A DNA stretch of 64,000 bases from an uncultured Methanosarcinaceae archaeon (lineage in GTDB: Archaea; Halobacteriota; Methanosarcinia; Methanosarcinales; Methanosarcinaceae): NCBI GenBank assembly GCA_963847185.1, contig CAWJYV010000010.1:256001-320000 (forward strand), written 5' to 3'. Below are positions 1-10,933 of the stretch, in pieces; the first letter of the stretch is position 1; each line of letters opens with the position of its first letter. The notes below the pieces were generated by a model. The model was given only the letters and a program-made list of their open reading frames with translations, was not told the origin of the DNA and did not search any database. The translations under genes were made by a program, and so were the position numbers.

Positions 1-858
1 CTATTTCTTTGATGTAATAAAAGGCACTCAAAATTTTTAAGTGATTTATCGCCTAGTATACTAAAATTTCCCGCGGACAAAGCCCCAATTATTTTCTTCG
101 CCCTTGAAATGCCAGCTTCAATTAAAATTAGCCAGCTTTAAAGAAAAGATATTTATATAAGGAAGTTCAAACGAGTGAGGCTATATTTTCTTATCGCTTC
201 ATCCGTTTAGCTTACATTTCTATATCTTTTATTATCTTTCTAATTCTTTATCCTTTCTATATTCCTCAACAATATAAAAATTTTGCTATTATCCCTTCTC
301 CTAATGGATACTTATATCTTTATGTGTACTTATGTCTTCATAGCATATTACACTTTCTTTATCCATTTGTGAGCAATGCTGGTGATGGGGACCCTCCAAT
401 TGAAAACCTCAAGGTATCCTTATCTGTGAATCCTTTTCATGAAGAAGAGAAAGGATATTCTAGAACAGTTGCCGGTATGACAAGTCATGTTCTGCAGAGA
501 ATTCCTAATACTGGGGATCATTATATTCAGGATACTTCTATGAAGTAGTTGACATAAACGATAATAGAATAGATAAATTTCTAGTCACGAAACTTCCTGA
601 TAATTGAACCCCTTTGAACTCCTGATAACAGAATCCCAGAAGCAGGACAGTAAATTGAAAAAAGGACTGCGTATTTTAACCGAAGGTTAAAGATTTGAAG
701 ATTTAGACAGAAATGATAAAAATGCCGGTGTATCTAGCCTGTACCCGGCTGGAGTAATCTGGTTTCGGGGCTTATGAGTTAAAAGTTTAAGGGATTTAAG
801 GGATTTAATCCCCGGAAGACTATTCTTCCTTTTCCCTTGAATATGCGCTTATTTGCGC

Positions 859-1314
859 TTATCTGCTGCAGCTTGAGCTTGAACAGCTTGAACACTTATA
901 ATTAATTATAACCTTTGCTGTAGCGGTTTTTCCGTATTTGTTTGTTACTTTGTAGGTAAAGCTGTCTGTAATGGTACCAGTCTTACAGGAAACCGGATAA
1001 TAACAGAAGTAACCGTTGCTCTTCATAGCTACTTTTGCACCTTTTGCAGTTTTGATGGATCCGGTAGTAGTGACTTTGAGGCCGCATCCTTTGTCATTGG
1101 ATAATACATTACCGCACTTTTTAGAAGGAGTGAATTTGAATGTATCTGCTTTTGCAACAGTCTTGCATGCGCTGCAAGAACTTGAACAGCCACTTGAACA
1201 GCTACTGCACGAACCTGTACTACATGAACTTTTACTGCATGCAGCTGCTCCTGTCATGGACATGACAAAGAAGATTAACGTGAAAATACATAATGTTTTC
1301 ATTATAGTTTTCAT
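859..1314 (-). CDS. Secreted Cys/Ser-rich protein with an Ig-like (Big_9/cadherin-like) domain
   Basis: Signal peptide ending GAAA-C; NVLSND...DSFTYKV...TATAKVII Ig-like signature; CSS-rich N- and C-terminal arms; GGAGG upstream. Confidence 0.75.
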   Translation of the reverse strand: MKTIMKTLCIFTLIFFVMSMTGAAACSKSSCSTGSCSSCSSGCSSSCSACKTVAKADTFKFTPSKKCGNVLSNDKGCGLKVTTTGSIKTAKGAKVAMKSNGYFCYYPVSCKTGTITDSFTYKVTNKYGKTATAKVIINYKCSSCSSSSCSR

Positions 1315-2319
1315 TGTTTACGTCCTCCGTAATATTTCTTAAATCAATTAGATATAAATTTCAATTTTCAATCTTGCTTTTTCTCAAAGTTAATCAGTTT
1401 GATCACAGGCCTATTCGCAATCTTGAAGTCAGTCTGACTTACAAAATTGACGTTTTATAAATCACTTTTTTCTCTCTTGCTTATGTTTATTTGAGAACGC
1501 CTGTAAGCGAGAACAACTGGGAAAATTTAACATATAAACATACTTATTTTTATGACGGTGAATAAAAATCAAAAAGTCCATTTAAAGCTTTATAATACTT
1601 TATTTTTCAACCTGAAAGATGATGCCATTTTAAATAACCTTTAATTGTATCTTTTATCAGTTAAAAAGTGAATGTAAGTCTTTTAAACATGTTTAATCAT
1701 TTAAGATCTTCAGATAGTCTTTTATATTACAGCCTGTCCCCTGGTTGGGGTTATTTCCCCAGACATGGACTTTTAAGCTTCCATATTTTTCTATGGGTAC
1801 ATATTTACATGATTTTAAGGCAAAAAAAGTCTCTTACTGCTTCAAAATCTGTATATTTTGAACCTCAAGTTTTTTTGAGTTCCCGAGTTCAGCACTTATA
1901 CCCCCCTGCCTATCAGCAGGATACCCGCTTTGGAAGATTTTACCTGTATTTTCTATTAAATCATCATCAAGTGCCTTTTCAAGTCGAGTAATACTATTTT
2001 CAATGATGATGAAGGTAAAGATGCCAATCATGTTCCGGTAGTCAAAACTCTTTTCGTTATCTGATAAAGGATCTTGTAAATGGCTCGGATACCAGATAAT
2101 TTTTAAGATTCAGACAATTCTTCAGCGTATATGAAGCTTTTATACACCTCCTGGTTCAGAAAAAATTAAAGGTTCAGAAAATGTTTCCAGGTAAAGATTC
2201 AAACTTCAGAAGCTTCAGTTAGCTCCAAGATATGAAATATTTCCAGGCAGCCTAAATGGATATTACGAAAATGAATCTGGCTGAGGCAGTGTAATAGAAG
2301 AAAAACCAGCCGAATGGAC

Positions 2320-2378
2320 TGGAAGAAAAAATAGAAGAAAAAATAGAAGAAAAAATAGAAGAAAAAATAGAAGAAAAA
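2320..2378. repeat. Tandem 12-mer (AGAAGAAAAAAT) about x4-5
   Basis: Direct reading; it explains the spurious FFFY ORF on the minus strand. Confidence 0.9.
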
Positions 2379-2456
2379 GTGATAATGAGAAAATAAGCCT
2401 GGTCTATGCGGTGACTTCATTTTCTCTTCACCACCTGCCCATTTTCTTTTATCTTT

Positions 2457-3944
2457 TCACTTCTCCTCTCTGGTATGCTCGGAAATCCAGTTTCCTATCA
2501 GCTCCAGAGCATCTGGTGAAATGGTTTCTTCAATCTTTGCATACTCGGAGGGCGATCCTGTCTGAGCAGTCTGGAATAAATGATTGAGCCCTGGCATCTC
2601 TTTTACTGTATAATCTGTGTTTCCTCCTGCTTTCAGAGTTTCCTCAATAGCATTCAGGTTCTCTTCAGGGGAGACCTGGAGATCTTTTTCTCCGTTTATT
2701 GCCAGGACAGGGCATTTCACATTCTTAAGTGTCGGGACCGGATCGTATGTCAGGAAAAAGCGCATCCAAGGCGACAGGAGTGACTGGATTTGAGGATCAA
2801 GGTCAGCTTCTGAGAAATCTGAATATTGTTTTTCATTTTCACTCATATTTGCCAGTTCAGCATTTAGAAACGTTCGAAGTTTTTCCCTGGCAATAGTATC
2901 ATTTTTCTCTTCTTTTACTACGGAGAACAGGTTTTTCATAAGAGCATCATTTCTGACTATTGTCTTGTTATCTGCCCCCTCTGCTCTGAGAATCAACTCA
3001 CTCTGTGACAGAATTATTTCTTCTCCGGTTACACCAGGACCTGCCATCAATACAATAAATGCAATATCTGGAGATTTCACTGCTACAAGCGGGGCGATCA
3101 GACCTCCTTCACTATGTCCGATAAGGCCAATCCGTGAGGAATCTATTTCCTTACGGCTTTGCAGATAATCAACGCCTGCAAGCACATCTCCTGCAAAATC
3201 CTCGGTTGTGGCCTGAGAGAAGTTTGACAAATTCCCTGTTGATCCTCCCGTACCCCGATCGTCGACTCTAAGCACAGCTATACCCTGGCGTGTCAGATAA
3301 TCCGAAAGTACGAGGAACGGACGGTGGCCAAGGATCTCTTCATCTCGATTTTGAGGGCCGGAACCTGTTATGAGTATTACAGCCGGAAAAGGTCCTTCCG
3401 ATTCAGGGAGGGTTAAAGTCCCTGCGAGCTTTATTCCTGCCTCTTTATTTTCATAAACAATTTCTTCTTCAGTATATGGATAAGGTTTTACAGGGTCCTG
3501 CTTTCTGCTCAGATCAGGTGTCTTATCAATACGGGTAAGCACAAGTGGAAAAACTGAACCTAACTGTGTCCATTCCCCTTCAATGTTTTTATCGTCTTCC
3601 TTAAGTTTCCCTTCAAAGACACCTTTTATGGATTTCACGCCAAGGATCAGATTCTCATCTTTATAAGTAACCGTGTCCACGGGTATACCGCTGACTCCCT
3701 GATCAAGGCTGTCCATGGTGGCGTTGACCGAGCCATCGGGTTTGGCGGAAATATTGAACATAAGTCTCAATTCTCCACCTGGTATCTGAAGGCTCCCAAG
3801 CCAGAGACCTTCGATTTCTTCTATATTTTCAATATTTTGATCATTTACAACGTCAATCTGTGAACTGCCCGATTGAGAGATACATCCAGGGCTAGCTACA
3901 GCCACAATCAGTAAGACTACATATATTAAGTTTTTATTATTCAT
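2457..3944 (-). CDS. Alpha/beta hydrolase (peptidase S9/S15-like) lipoprotein
   Basis: GHSEGG nucleophile motif, GEKDLQV, LNHLFQ; lipobox-like SPGC. Confidence 0.9.
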   Translation of the reverse strand: MNNKNLIYVVLLIVAVASPGCISQSGSSQIDVVNDQNIENIEEIEGLWLGSLQIPGGELRLMFNISAKPDGSVNATMDSLDQGVSGIPVDTVTYKDENLILGVKSIKGVFEGKLKEDDKNIEGEWTQLGSVFPLVLTRIDKTPDLSRKQDPVKPYPYTEEEIVYENKEAGIKLAGTLTLPESEGPFPAVILITGSGPQNRDEEILGHRPFLVLSDYLTRQGIAVLRVDDRGTGGSTGNLSNFSQATTEDFAGDVLAGVDYLQSRKEIDSSRIGLIGHSEGGLIAPLVAVKSPDIAFIVLMAGPGVTGEEIILSQSELILRAEGADNKTIVRNDALMKNLFSVVKEEKNDTIAREKLRTFLNAELANMSENEKQYSDFSEADLDPQIQSLLSPWMRFFLTYDPVPTLKNVKCPVLAINGEKDLQVSPEENLNAIEETLKAGGNTDYTVKEMPGLNHLFQTAQTGSPSEYAKIEETISPDALELIGNWISEHTREEK

Positions 3945-4093
3945 ATTAGATCCTTGCCAGTTTGTTATTTTTCATGCCTTCACTTATTTTCATTATTTCC
4001 TTCTAATTATTTTCTTTATCATTATAAATCTCTCGAATTAATTTGATAGGTGTTCCGCCAAATTCTTTAATCTGAAAGCCTTCTACTCGTCCT

Positions 4094-5029
4094 ATGTTTC
4101 AGGTGTTTCAGCTGAAAAAAGATGCCCGTCTGGCAGTGCTGGTTGGCTGTGTACTCTATGGGATGACAGGTATGTTCCTGTCCCTTATCCATGACATGCC
4201 CATCACCTCAATCATTTTTTATAGGTTACTTTTTGGACTTTGCCTGATTTTCTCCTTTCTTCTGGGAATGGACAGGGTGGAAGAGCTAAAACCCGGAAAA
4301 GGGAAAGTTCGCCTTTTCGTACAGGGCATTTTTGTCCTTGTGAATATGTTCTTTTATTTTCTGTGCGTAAAAAAAACATGCTTTTCCATAGCTATCCTGC
4401 TTGAATACACTGCTCCGATCTATGTAATGCTGGCTTCTCCTTTCATTTTGAAAGAAAAGGTAGGAAAAGAGAATATTTCAGCGCTTTTTCTGGCAATTGC
4501 AGGTGTTTATCTGGTTATCCGTCCGGATGGTGGTTTTGAGACTCTGGATTTTTCGGGCGGTCATCTTATAGGGATTGCATCCGGGCTCTTTGCAGGCTTG
4601 ATTCTTGCGATTATTATTATGAACGTGAGGGCCCTGAAGGAAGACCATTCCGAATTTGCCATTGCTTTCTGGAGCACTGCAATCAGTTGCCTTCTTATGA
4701 CGCCTTTTGCTTTTGAGACATCTTTTTCGATCTTAGCAACCAATATGTTTCCTCTTATGGCCTTCGGGGTTGTTTCTGTGGGAATCGGCGGGATTCTGAC
4801 TACAATAGGTTTTGCAAACCTTCAATCTCAATCAGGAAGCCTGCTTGCTCTTATAGAACCTGTTGCAGGTGTTTTCTTTGATCTTGTGTTCCTGGGAGTA
4901 ACCCTCTCAACAGGAACCCTTGCAGGTTGTTTTCTTGTTCTGGTTTCGTCTTTGATTGTTAGCTATGGCAATTCTTCAAAACCTGCATCAAAAAGTAAGG
5001 ATTGTATTGAGAACTTTGAAAACTGTTAA
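4094..5029 (+). CDS. EamA/DMT family transporter
   Basis: About 10 TM helices; YTAPIYV and LIEPV motifs. Confidence 0.85.
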   Translation: MFQVFQLKKDARLAVLVGCVLYGMTGMFLSLIHDMPITSIIFYRLLFGLCLIFSFLLGMDRVEELKPGKGKVRLFVQGIFVLVNMFFYFLCVKKTCFSIAILLEYTAPIYVMLASPFILKEKVGKENISALFLAIAGVYLVIRPDGGFETLDFSGGHLIGIASGLFAGLILAIIIMNVRALKEDHSEFAIAFWSTAISCLLMTPFAFETSFSILATNMFPLMAFGVVSVGIGGILTTIGFANLQSQSGSLLALIEPVAGVFFDLVFLGVTLSTGTLAGCFLVLVSSLIVSYGNSSKPASKSKDCIENFENC

Positions 5030-5192
5030 AGAAACTCCGCCTAGAATAAGAAAGACCCCTATCCTTTTGGGCTTAGGATAAAGAAAACAAGAGAGAATAT
5101 AAGAAAAATGAAGAAAAATGAAGAAAATTAAAGAAAATTAAAGAGGTTAAAAATATATAAAAAATGACTAAGAGGCCGTAATAGATAAAGCC

Positions 5193-5882
5193 TTATCTCC
5201 TGAGAATCATACTTCTCAGCCTGTCAGCAGAACTTGCTGACTTATCCGCAATGCCTCCTACTCTTTCTACCAGTCCCATAAGGTGGCAGACACCTGCACC
5301 TCCTATAACGTCTTCATATTTGAAGATCTTTTTTAAAAGGGCAGTTTCAATGACATCCACATCATGTTCCAGTTTTTCAACCTGAGGAATGATATCCATG
5401 GTCTCTTTTATCTCTTCCTTGCTGAAAGAGGTTGCAAGGAGCTTGTAAATCTCACCTGCAAGCTCATCATACTTCCTTGTGGCCTTCAGGGAAGTTCCCA
5501 TCAGTTCCAGAAAACCAGTTTTTACTTCTTCAGGTACGTTTTTACAGGGCCGAAGGGTCATCCAGTAAGCTGAAGCCTGGGCAAAATCGGCAATCGAATC
5601 CTGCTGTTTAAGAAAAGAAAGCAGGTCCTTCTTATCTACTGGCAGTTTTACTGAGGAGGGTATGCCTGCCCTTATCTTCTGTTTGAGTTTGTCAGCGTCA
5701 TGTTCCAGTTCGTCAATCTCATTTGTTCTTTCTTCAAGAAGAGCCTGATTTCCTGAGCAGTAGGCGTCCATTGCTTCAGCCAGTTTTTCAACTGCAAGGA
5801 CTCCCTTTTTAGCATGTGCCTCCAGTGGGACAAAGGGAGATTCGGTAACTACGTCAAGGACGGAACGAATGTAGTCTTTCAT
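5193..5882 (-). CDS. DUF47/TIGR00153 PhoU-like phosphate transport regulator
   Basis: LEHDADKLK, QQDSIAD and LEHDVD motifs; overlaps the stop of the pit gene. Confidence 0.9.
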   Translation of the reverse strand: MKDYIRSVLDVVTESPFVPLEAHAKKGVLAVEKLAEAMDAYCSGNQALLEERTNEIDELEHDADKLKQKIRAGIPSSVKLPVDKKDLLSFLKQQDSIADFAQASAYWMTLRPCKNVPEEVKTGFLELMGTSLKATRKYDELAGEIYKLLATSFSKEEIKETMDIIPQVEKLEHDVDVIETALLKKIFKYEDVIGGAGVCHLMGLVERVGGIADKSASSADRLRSMILRR

Positions 5883-6907
5883 AAAAAGATCACCTCAAGC
5901 CCCACAAAGATCAGTGCCGATGTAAGGGCAGCTATAGGAACTGTTGCTATCCAGGAAGATATAATCCTCCAGATCACACGCAGGTCGACAGCTGCAATCC
6001 CACCTGCAAGTCCGACACCTATAACCGAACCAACAAGTGTATGGGTAGTCGAAATAGGAAGGGAACTGTAGCTGTGGAGCAGAACAACTGAGGCTGTTGC
6101 AAACTCAGCAGAAAAACCACGTGTCGGTGTAAGTTCTGTGATTTTTGAACCAATAGTTTCAACCACTTTATAACCCCAGGTTGCCATCCCTATTACCATG
6201 CCAAGACCTCCCAATACAAGTATCGATATGGGTACCTGGTCTCCCAGTACACCCATAACTTTAAGTGCGGCAGCGAGAGGACCAACGGCGTTTGCCACAT
6301 CGTTTGACCCGTGTGCAAATGCCATGTAACAGGCAGTTATGAGCTGTAGAGATATGAATTTTTTCTCAACCAATGGCATGTCACTAGCCCTATGAAGGAA
6401 TATTTTTCTTATTATAGAGAAAGTAACATAAGCAAAAACAGCCCCAAGAGCCGGAGATATAAACCAGCTGGCAACAATTCTTGAAAGTTCTCCCCAGTGG
6501 ATGTCAGAATAAGAGATAGTTCCGTTATAAGCCACAATCAGCCCAAAGCCGAGTACTGAACCAACGATAGAATGGCTGGTTGAGACGGGAAGATTATAAA
6601 AAGTCGTAAGGGTTACCCAGAATCCTGCTGCAAGAATTGCAGCCAGCATCCCAAGCGCTACAATATCCGGATGGATATTTCCTATTTTATCAATGGGAAC
6701 GATTCCTTTTGCAATTGTAGAGGTAACTCGTCCTCCAAAGAACACGGCACCTAGAAATTCAAAGACGGCAGCAATGACAATTACCTTTTTTATTGACAAA
6801 GCTCCTGTTCCTACTGAAGTTCCCATAGCATTTGCGAGGTCATTTGCCCCTATGTTCCAGGCCATATAAAGGCCCGCTAAAATTAGCGCTATGACAAGTA
6901 AGTCCAT
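5879..6907 (-). CDS. pit: PiT family inorganic phosphate transporter
   Basis: GANDLANAMGT, PVSTSHSIVG, HGSNDVANA and PISTTH motifs. Confidence 0.95.
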   Translation of the reverse strand: MDLLVIALILAGLYMAWNIGANDLANAMGTSVGTGALSIKKVIVIAAVFEFLGAVFFGGRVTSTIAKGIVPIDKIGNIHPDIVALGMLAAILAAGFWVTLTTFYNLPVSTSHSIVGSVLGFGLIVAYNGTISYSDIHWGELSRIVASWFISPALGAVFAYVTFSIIRKIFLHRASDMPLVEKKFISLQLITACYMAFAHGSNDVANAVGPLAAALKVMGVLGDQVPISILVLGGLGMVIGMATWGYKVVETIGSKITELTPTRGFSAEFATASVVLLHSYSSLPISTTHTLVGSVIGVGLAGGIAAVDLRVIWRIISSWIATVPIAALTSALIFVGLEVIFL

Positions 6908-7749
6908 TTTTTCCTACTCCAGGTTCTAAACAGCAAAATTATTATAATTATATGAAAGTCAAATAAGTATTATAAAGATTAAATAATTATTAGAAAGTCA
7001 ACTTTATTCAAAGAAGCTAAATCTTTGTATAATTTCTGAAGACTTCATTTAATACTTCTTTAAATTTGAAGATTTAATGATATTCCAGACCATTTCATTA
7101 TATTTCATATTTTCCATATATTTTATAGTACTCTATATAACCTATAGGCCTATATATGACTCTTTATAGTATATACTATGTTTCAGATTTATGTTTTGAT
7201 ATGAAAAATCTGGTTCATGATCAACTTTATTTCCATACTTTGCTTAATCATCTGAGTTTTCAAGATATAACAGCCATATTTTAAGCAGGGTTCAGAAGCT
7301 GCAAGTTTTCTGACTGAAAATGAAGTAAATAAGTTTTGGATTAAAAACGCGTAGATGGTAATTAAAAAACGCAAAATTTTTATTTTAGTATGCCTTCACC
7401 TCAACCTAATATGAAAAATTATAAAGATGCGACAGTAAAAAAATAGAGTATGTCAGGTGAAAATACATTAGGTAACAAATTAAAAAGTAAAATCATTATC
7501 TTCGGTTTAACTATTGAGTTTATAAGTGCTAATAGCTGGTTAATAACTGGTTGGTTATAAAGTAGTTTTTAGAGAATATATTGAAGTTTTTGTGGAAAGA
7601 GCAGAATAAGGCACAAGACTATACAGAAGGGTAAAAAGTAGGCAAAACATTTCCCTTCATATAAATTCTGGTTTATTGTAAATTCTGGTTTTTGGAACAT
7701 AACTTTTAGCCTCGGCTTTAGCCGTTTACTCAAAAAGTTTCCCTTAAAT

Positions 7750-8418
7750 TCAGGTTCCAGGTTCACTAAATCTATGGTTTTTCAGATCCTCTTTCCTTAT
7801 ATTTTCCCTGAGAAGGTCAAGCACCTCTTCGTCCGAGACATCATACCAATTTTCATAAGCCTGAGCAACAGCCCTGAAATATGAAGGAATTTCAAGCACA
7901 ATGAGTTCATCGATTTTTTTCTTAATCTCTTCTGCGACCTCTCTTCCAGCTACAGGTACTGCAACCACAATTTTTTCAGCTCCCTTTTTTTTGCAAAGTT
8001 CAATTGCTGCCCGCATTGTAGAACCCATTGCGATGCCGTCATCTATAAGGATCACGGTTTTTCCTCTGATCTCAGGCAGAGGGTTTCCTCCCCTGAGAGT
8101 TTTTACACGCCTCTCGATCTCGTCAATCTGCTCGTGTTTGATTCTCTCAATAGTTTCCTCCGGAAGCCAGGAATGCACATTTTCAATAATGAAAGTGCTG
8201 CCGTTCTCAGCTACTGCTCCGAAACCGGCTTCTGGATTATCCGGAAAAGGCATCTTCCTTGCGATAACGAGAAAAATGTCTGCATCCAGCTTCTTTGCAA
8301 CCTGCAGTCCAACTTCCACTCCTCCGCGTGGAATAGCAAGAATAAGAGGATTTTCTGCCCTGTACTTCTCAAGAGCGCTCGCAAGCTTTTCTCCTGCATC
8401 TTTACGGTTTTTGAACAT
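7750..8418 (-). CDS. Phosphoribosyltransferase family protein
   Basis: FKNRKDAG..LA, AIPRGG and VILIDDGIAMG (PRPP-binding); ATG at 8418 preferred as start. Confidence 0.9.
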   Translation of the reverse strand: MFKNRKDAGEKLASALEKYRAENPLILAIPRGGVEVGLQVAKKLDADIFLVIARKMPFPDNPEAGFGAVAENGSTFIIENVHSWLPEETIERIKHEQIDEIERRVKTLRGGNPLPEIRGKTVILIDDGIAMGSTMRAAIELCKKKGAEKIVVAVPVAGREVAEEIKKKIDELIVLEIPSYFRAVAQAYENWYDVSDEEVLDLLRENIRKEDLKNHRFSEPGT

Positions 8419-8475
8419 ACTTCCCACCTTTACATTCAAAAATAATTCTACTTCTCAGTAGCAAAAACACCAATA

Positions 8476-9186
8476 TTACACAATCCTAATCGAACGCCTG
8501 TAAACCTCGACTGAAGAACCTGAAGGAAGAGTCGTTTCGGGCAAACAGAGTTCCAGAACTTTTCTTGCAACATCTTCGGGCTTGAGGACAGGTTCATCCG
8601 AATGCAATGATCGATACATACGTGTATCCACACTTGCAGGGCAGACTGCATACACCTGAAGCCCGCCTCCTACTTCATAAGCAAGAGCTTCTGTGAAACC
8701 AATCACTGCAAATTTTGAAGCACAATATATTGAAAGCTTCGGTATACCATGCTTTCCTGCCCCTGAAGAAATATTTACTATCCTGCCTTCTCCCCTTTTA
8801 AGCAGATAGGGTAAAGCGTACTTTGTACAGAAGAACATACCTTTTACATTTGTATCCATAATTCTATCGTATTCTTCTGTTGAAGTATCTACAAGGTGCT
8901 TCCTGTATGCCACTCCGGCATCGTTCACAAGGATGTCAATTCTTCCAAAGGCGTTTACTGTCTGTGATATCATATTTACGACTTCCTCTTCTTTTCGGAT
9001 GTCAGTGCTTACTGCAAGAGACTTTCGCCCTTCGTTTTCCACCAACCTGGCAGTTTCTCGAATTTCTTTTTCGGTTCTTGCGGCGATTACAATGTCTGCT
9101 CCCTCTTTCGCGAGCATCAGACATATTGCCCTCCCAATCCCTCTTCCTCCACCTGTTACAATGGCTGTCTGACCTTTTAGTTTCAT
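8476..9186 (-). CDS. Short-chain dehydrogenase/reductase (SDR)
   Basis: TGGGRGIG and YCASK motifs; ATG at 9186 (MKLKGQ). Confidence 0.92.
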   Translation of the reverse strand: MKLKGQTAIVTGGGRGIGRAICLMLAKEGADIVIAARTEKEIRETARLVENEGRKSLAVSTDIRKEEEVVNMISQTVNAFGRIDILVNDAGVAYRKHLVDTSTEEYDRIMDTNVKGMFFCTKYALPYLLKRGEGRIVNISSGAGKHGIPKLSIYCASKFAVIGFTEALAYEVGGGLQVYAVCPASVDTRMYRSLHSDEPVLKPEDVARKVLELCLPETTLPSGSSVEVYRRSIRIV

Positions 9187-9463
9187 AGCAGTCACTTTGC
9201 TATAGCCCCCACTGTGAGAATCAAAACATAGCAAACTAAAAAGAATCCATTACTTTATCTTAAAAAGCGTAACTCATGAGTTTAATATAAATATCGAGCA
9301 ATATAGGGATATATTTTTGGAAACAAAGCTTCTGAAACTGGATTTTTAGCCATGCCTCTAAAAAATAGTCTTTCTTCTCAATAGAATGGGATTAAAGCGG
9401 TTAGAATTGCAAAAGTGGATAAATATATTTTCCCTGGGCAAATATATTTACCCTAATATTATT

Positions 9464-9671
9464 TTAGAGCTGAGAGACTGGAGGAGCCTGTATCTCTATT
9501 ATTTTGCCGGATGCCGATGTTGAATCCGGAAAGGCAAGTTTCAGAAACTTTTGTTCAACGTATTCAGGTTTGAGTGCGTGCCCTTCAGGATAAATATCCG
9601 CACCGGGCATATAATTACATTCGTCTGTACGCGAGTCATTATCAATTCCGGAAAAGAGAGTAAATCCTCAT
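9464..9671 (-). pseudogene. Remnant of an SDR C-terminus, paralogous to the adjacent SDR
   Basis: Manual translation LKPEYVEQKFLKLAFPDSTSASGKIIEI versus neighbour LKPEDVARKVLELCLPETTLPSGSSVEV. Confidence 0.5.
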
Positions 9672-9792
9672 ATTTGAGAAAAATATTGAGAGATTCTTAT
9701 GCTTTCGGTTTTCAATGACTCATATCCATCACCATTTCTCCTTCCATTTATTTTTTAATCTTTCAATTCTTAGTCCTTTTATGATCTCTTTA

Positions 9793-10074
9793 TTACAAAT
9801 ATTCTTCATCAATATAGCAGTACTTCCAATCTTCCCCAGGCTGATAAGATTGAATTACAGGATGTCCCGCTTCCACAAAATGCTTTGTGGCATGCTTGTT
9901 TTTTGACTGATCACAGCATCCAATGTGCCCACAGGTCAGGCAGATTCTCAGGTGTACCCAGGTGTCCCCTATTCTCAAGCATTCTTCGCATCCTTTTGAA
10001 CCAGGCTCAACGTCTGTTATTTCTATCATATTTTTGTGTGTACATACCATAGAATTCCCTCGTTTGTTACTCAT
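9793..10074 (-). CDS. UBP-type zinc finger protein
   Basis: CEECL..WVHLRICLTCGHIGCCD.S..KHATKH. Confidence 0.9.
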   Translation of the reverse strand: MSNKRGNSMVCTHKNMIEITDVEPGSKGCEECLRIGDTWVHLRICLTCGHIGCCDQSKNKHATKHFVEAGHPVIQSYQPGEDWKYCYIDEEYL

Positions 10075-10093
10075 AAATAAAAGAACAGATTAA

Positions 10094-10930
10094 TCATGTA
10101 ACTGTAACTTTTTTAAATCTCCATTTTGCAATAAAAAACATTATTCCTGCAAAAGCTAGCAAAGCCAGAAATGAGACGAGAACTTCACCCTGGGTATAGG
10201 TGTAACGGATCCCTATTGCCGAAAAATCATCTCCTATTGCGAAATATCTTATTCCGCTGACAAGATGCGTTAGCGGGTTAATTAAGGAGAGGGCTTGGAG
10301 CACAGGAGGAAACGAGTTCACAGGATAAAGTGCATTACTCGTAAAAAAGAAAGGCATGGTTAGCAGGGTTATTACTGCCTGCATCCCTTCAGGGCTTTCC
10401 ATGGTTATTGCGATTGCAGCCGAAAGGAAAAGAAACCCCAGAGAAAACGCGCCTATGAAAAGAATTATTCCTATTAATGAACCAAAAACCTGCACAAGGG
10501 TGTAACCCTCAAAAAACTGGACTCCTAAAAGAAGTCCGAATCCCATGATAACTGCTGCCTGAATAAAAGATTTTGTCATTCCCGAAAGCCCTATTCCTAT
10601 AATGATATGGATTCTGGGGAGGGGGCTTGAAAGGGTTTCTCGCATAAGCCCCCAGTTTTTATCAAAAAGCAGCACTGTACCTCCGAAAAGACTCGTAAAA
10701 AGCGTGGTCATGGCAATAACGCCTGCACCTATGAAAGTAAGATAACCTACAGTCTTGATGCCTGGGACTACTGGCAGGGTTGCAGTCAGTCTTTCAAAGT
10801 TGTTTGACATTGCAATTCCGAAAAAGGCCAGCCAGAGAGCAGGCTGTACAAGAGAAGCAAAGAGGAGGGTTCGGAACCGGACAAACCTCAGCATGTCCCG
10901 CCAGTATATAGTAAGAAACCCTGTATGCAT
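10094..10930 (-). CDS. ABC-2 type exporter permease (DrrB-like)
   Basis: 6 TM helices; NPLTHLVSGIR; adjacent to the ATPase gene. Confidence 0.9.
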   Translation of the reverse strand: MHTGFLTIYWRDMLRFVRFRTLLFASLVQPALWLAFFGIAMSNNFERLTATLPVVPGIKTVGYLTFIGAGVIAMTTLFTSLFGGTVLLFDKNWGLMRETLSSPLPRIHIIIGIGLSGMTKSFIQAAVIMGFGLLLGVQFFEGYTLVQVFGSLIGIILFIGAFSLGFLFLSAAIAITMESPEGMQAVITLLTMPFFFTSNALYPVNSFPPVLQALSLINPLTHLVSGIRYFAIGDDFSAIGIRYTYTQGEVLVSFLALLAFAGIMFFIAKWRFKKVTVT

Positions 10931-10933
10931 CTC

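Noticed and set aside
375-420. Fluoride riboswitch (GGTGATGGGG... start)
   Set aside because: It lacks the downstream GCTGATGAC..CT element and there is no crcB-type gene nearby
859-1314. Lanthipeptide/RiPP precursor because of Cys/Ser richness
   Set aside because: It has a Sec-type signal and an Ig-like domain; no LanM, YcaO or radical SAM gene is in the window
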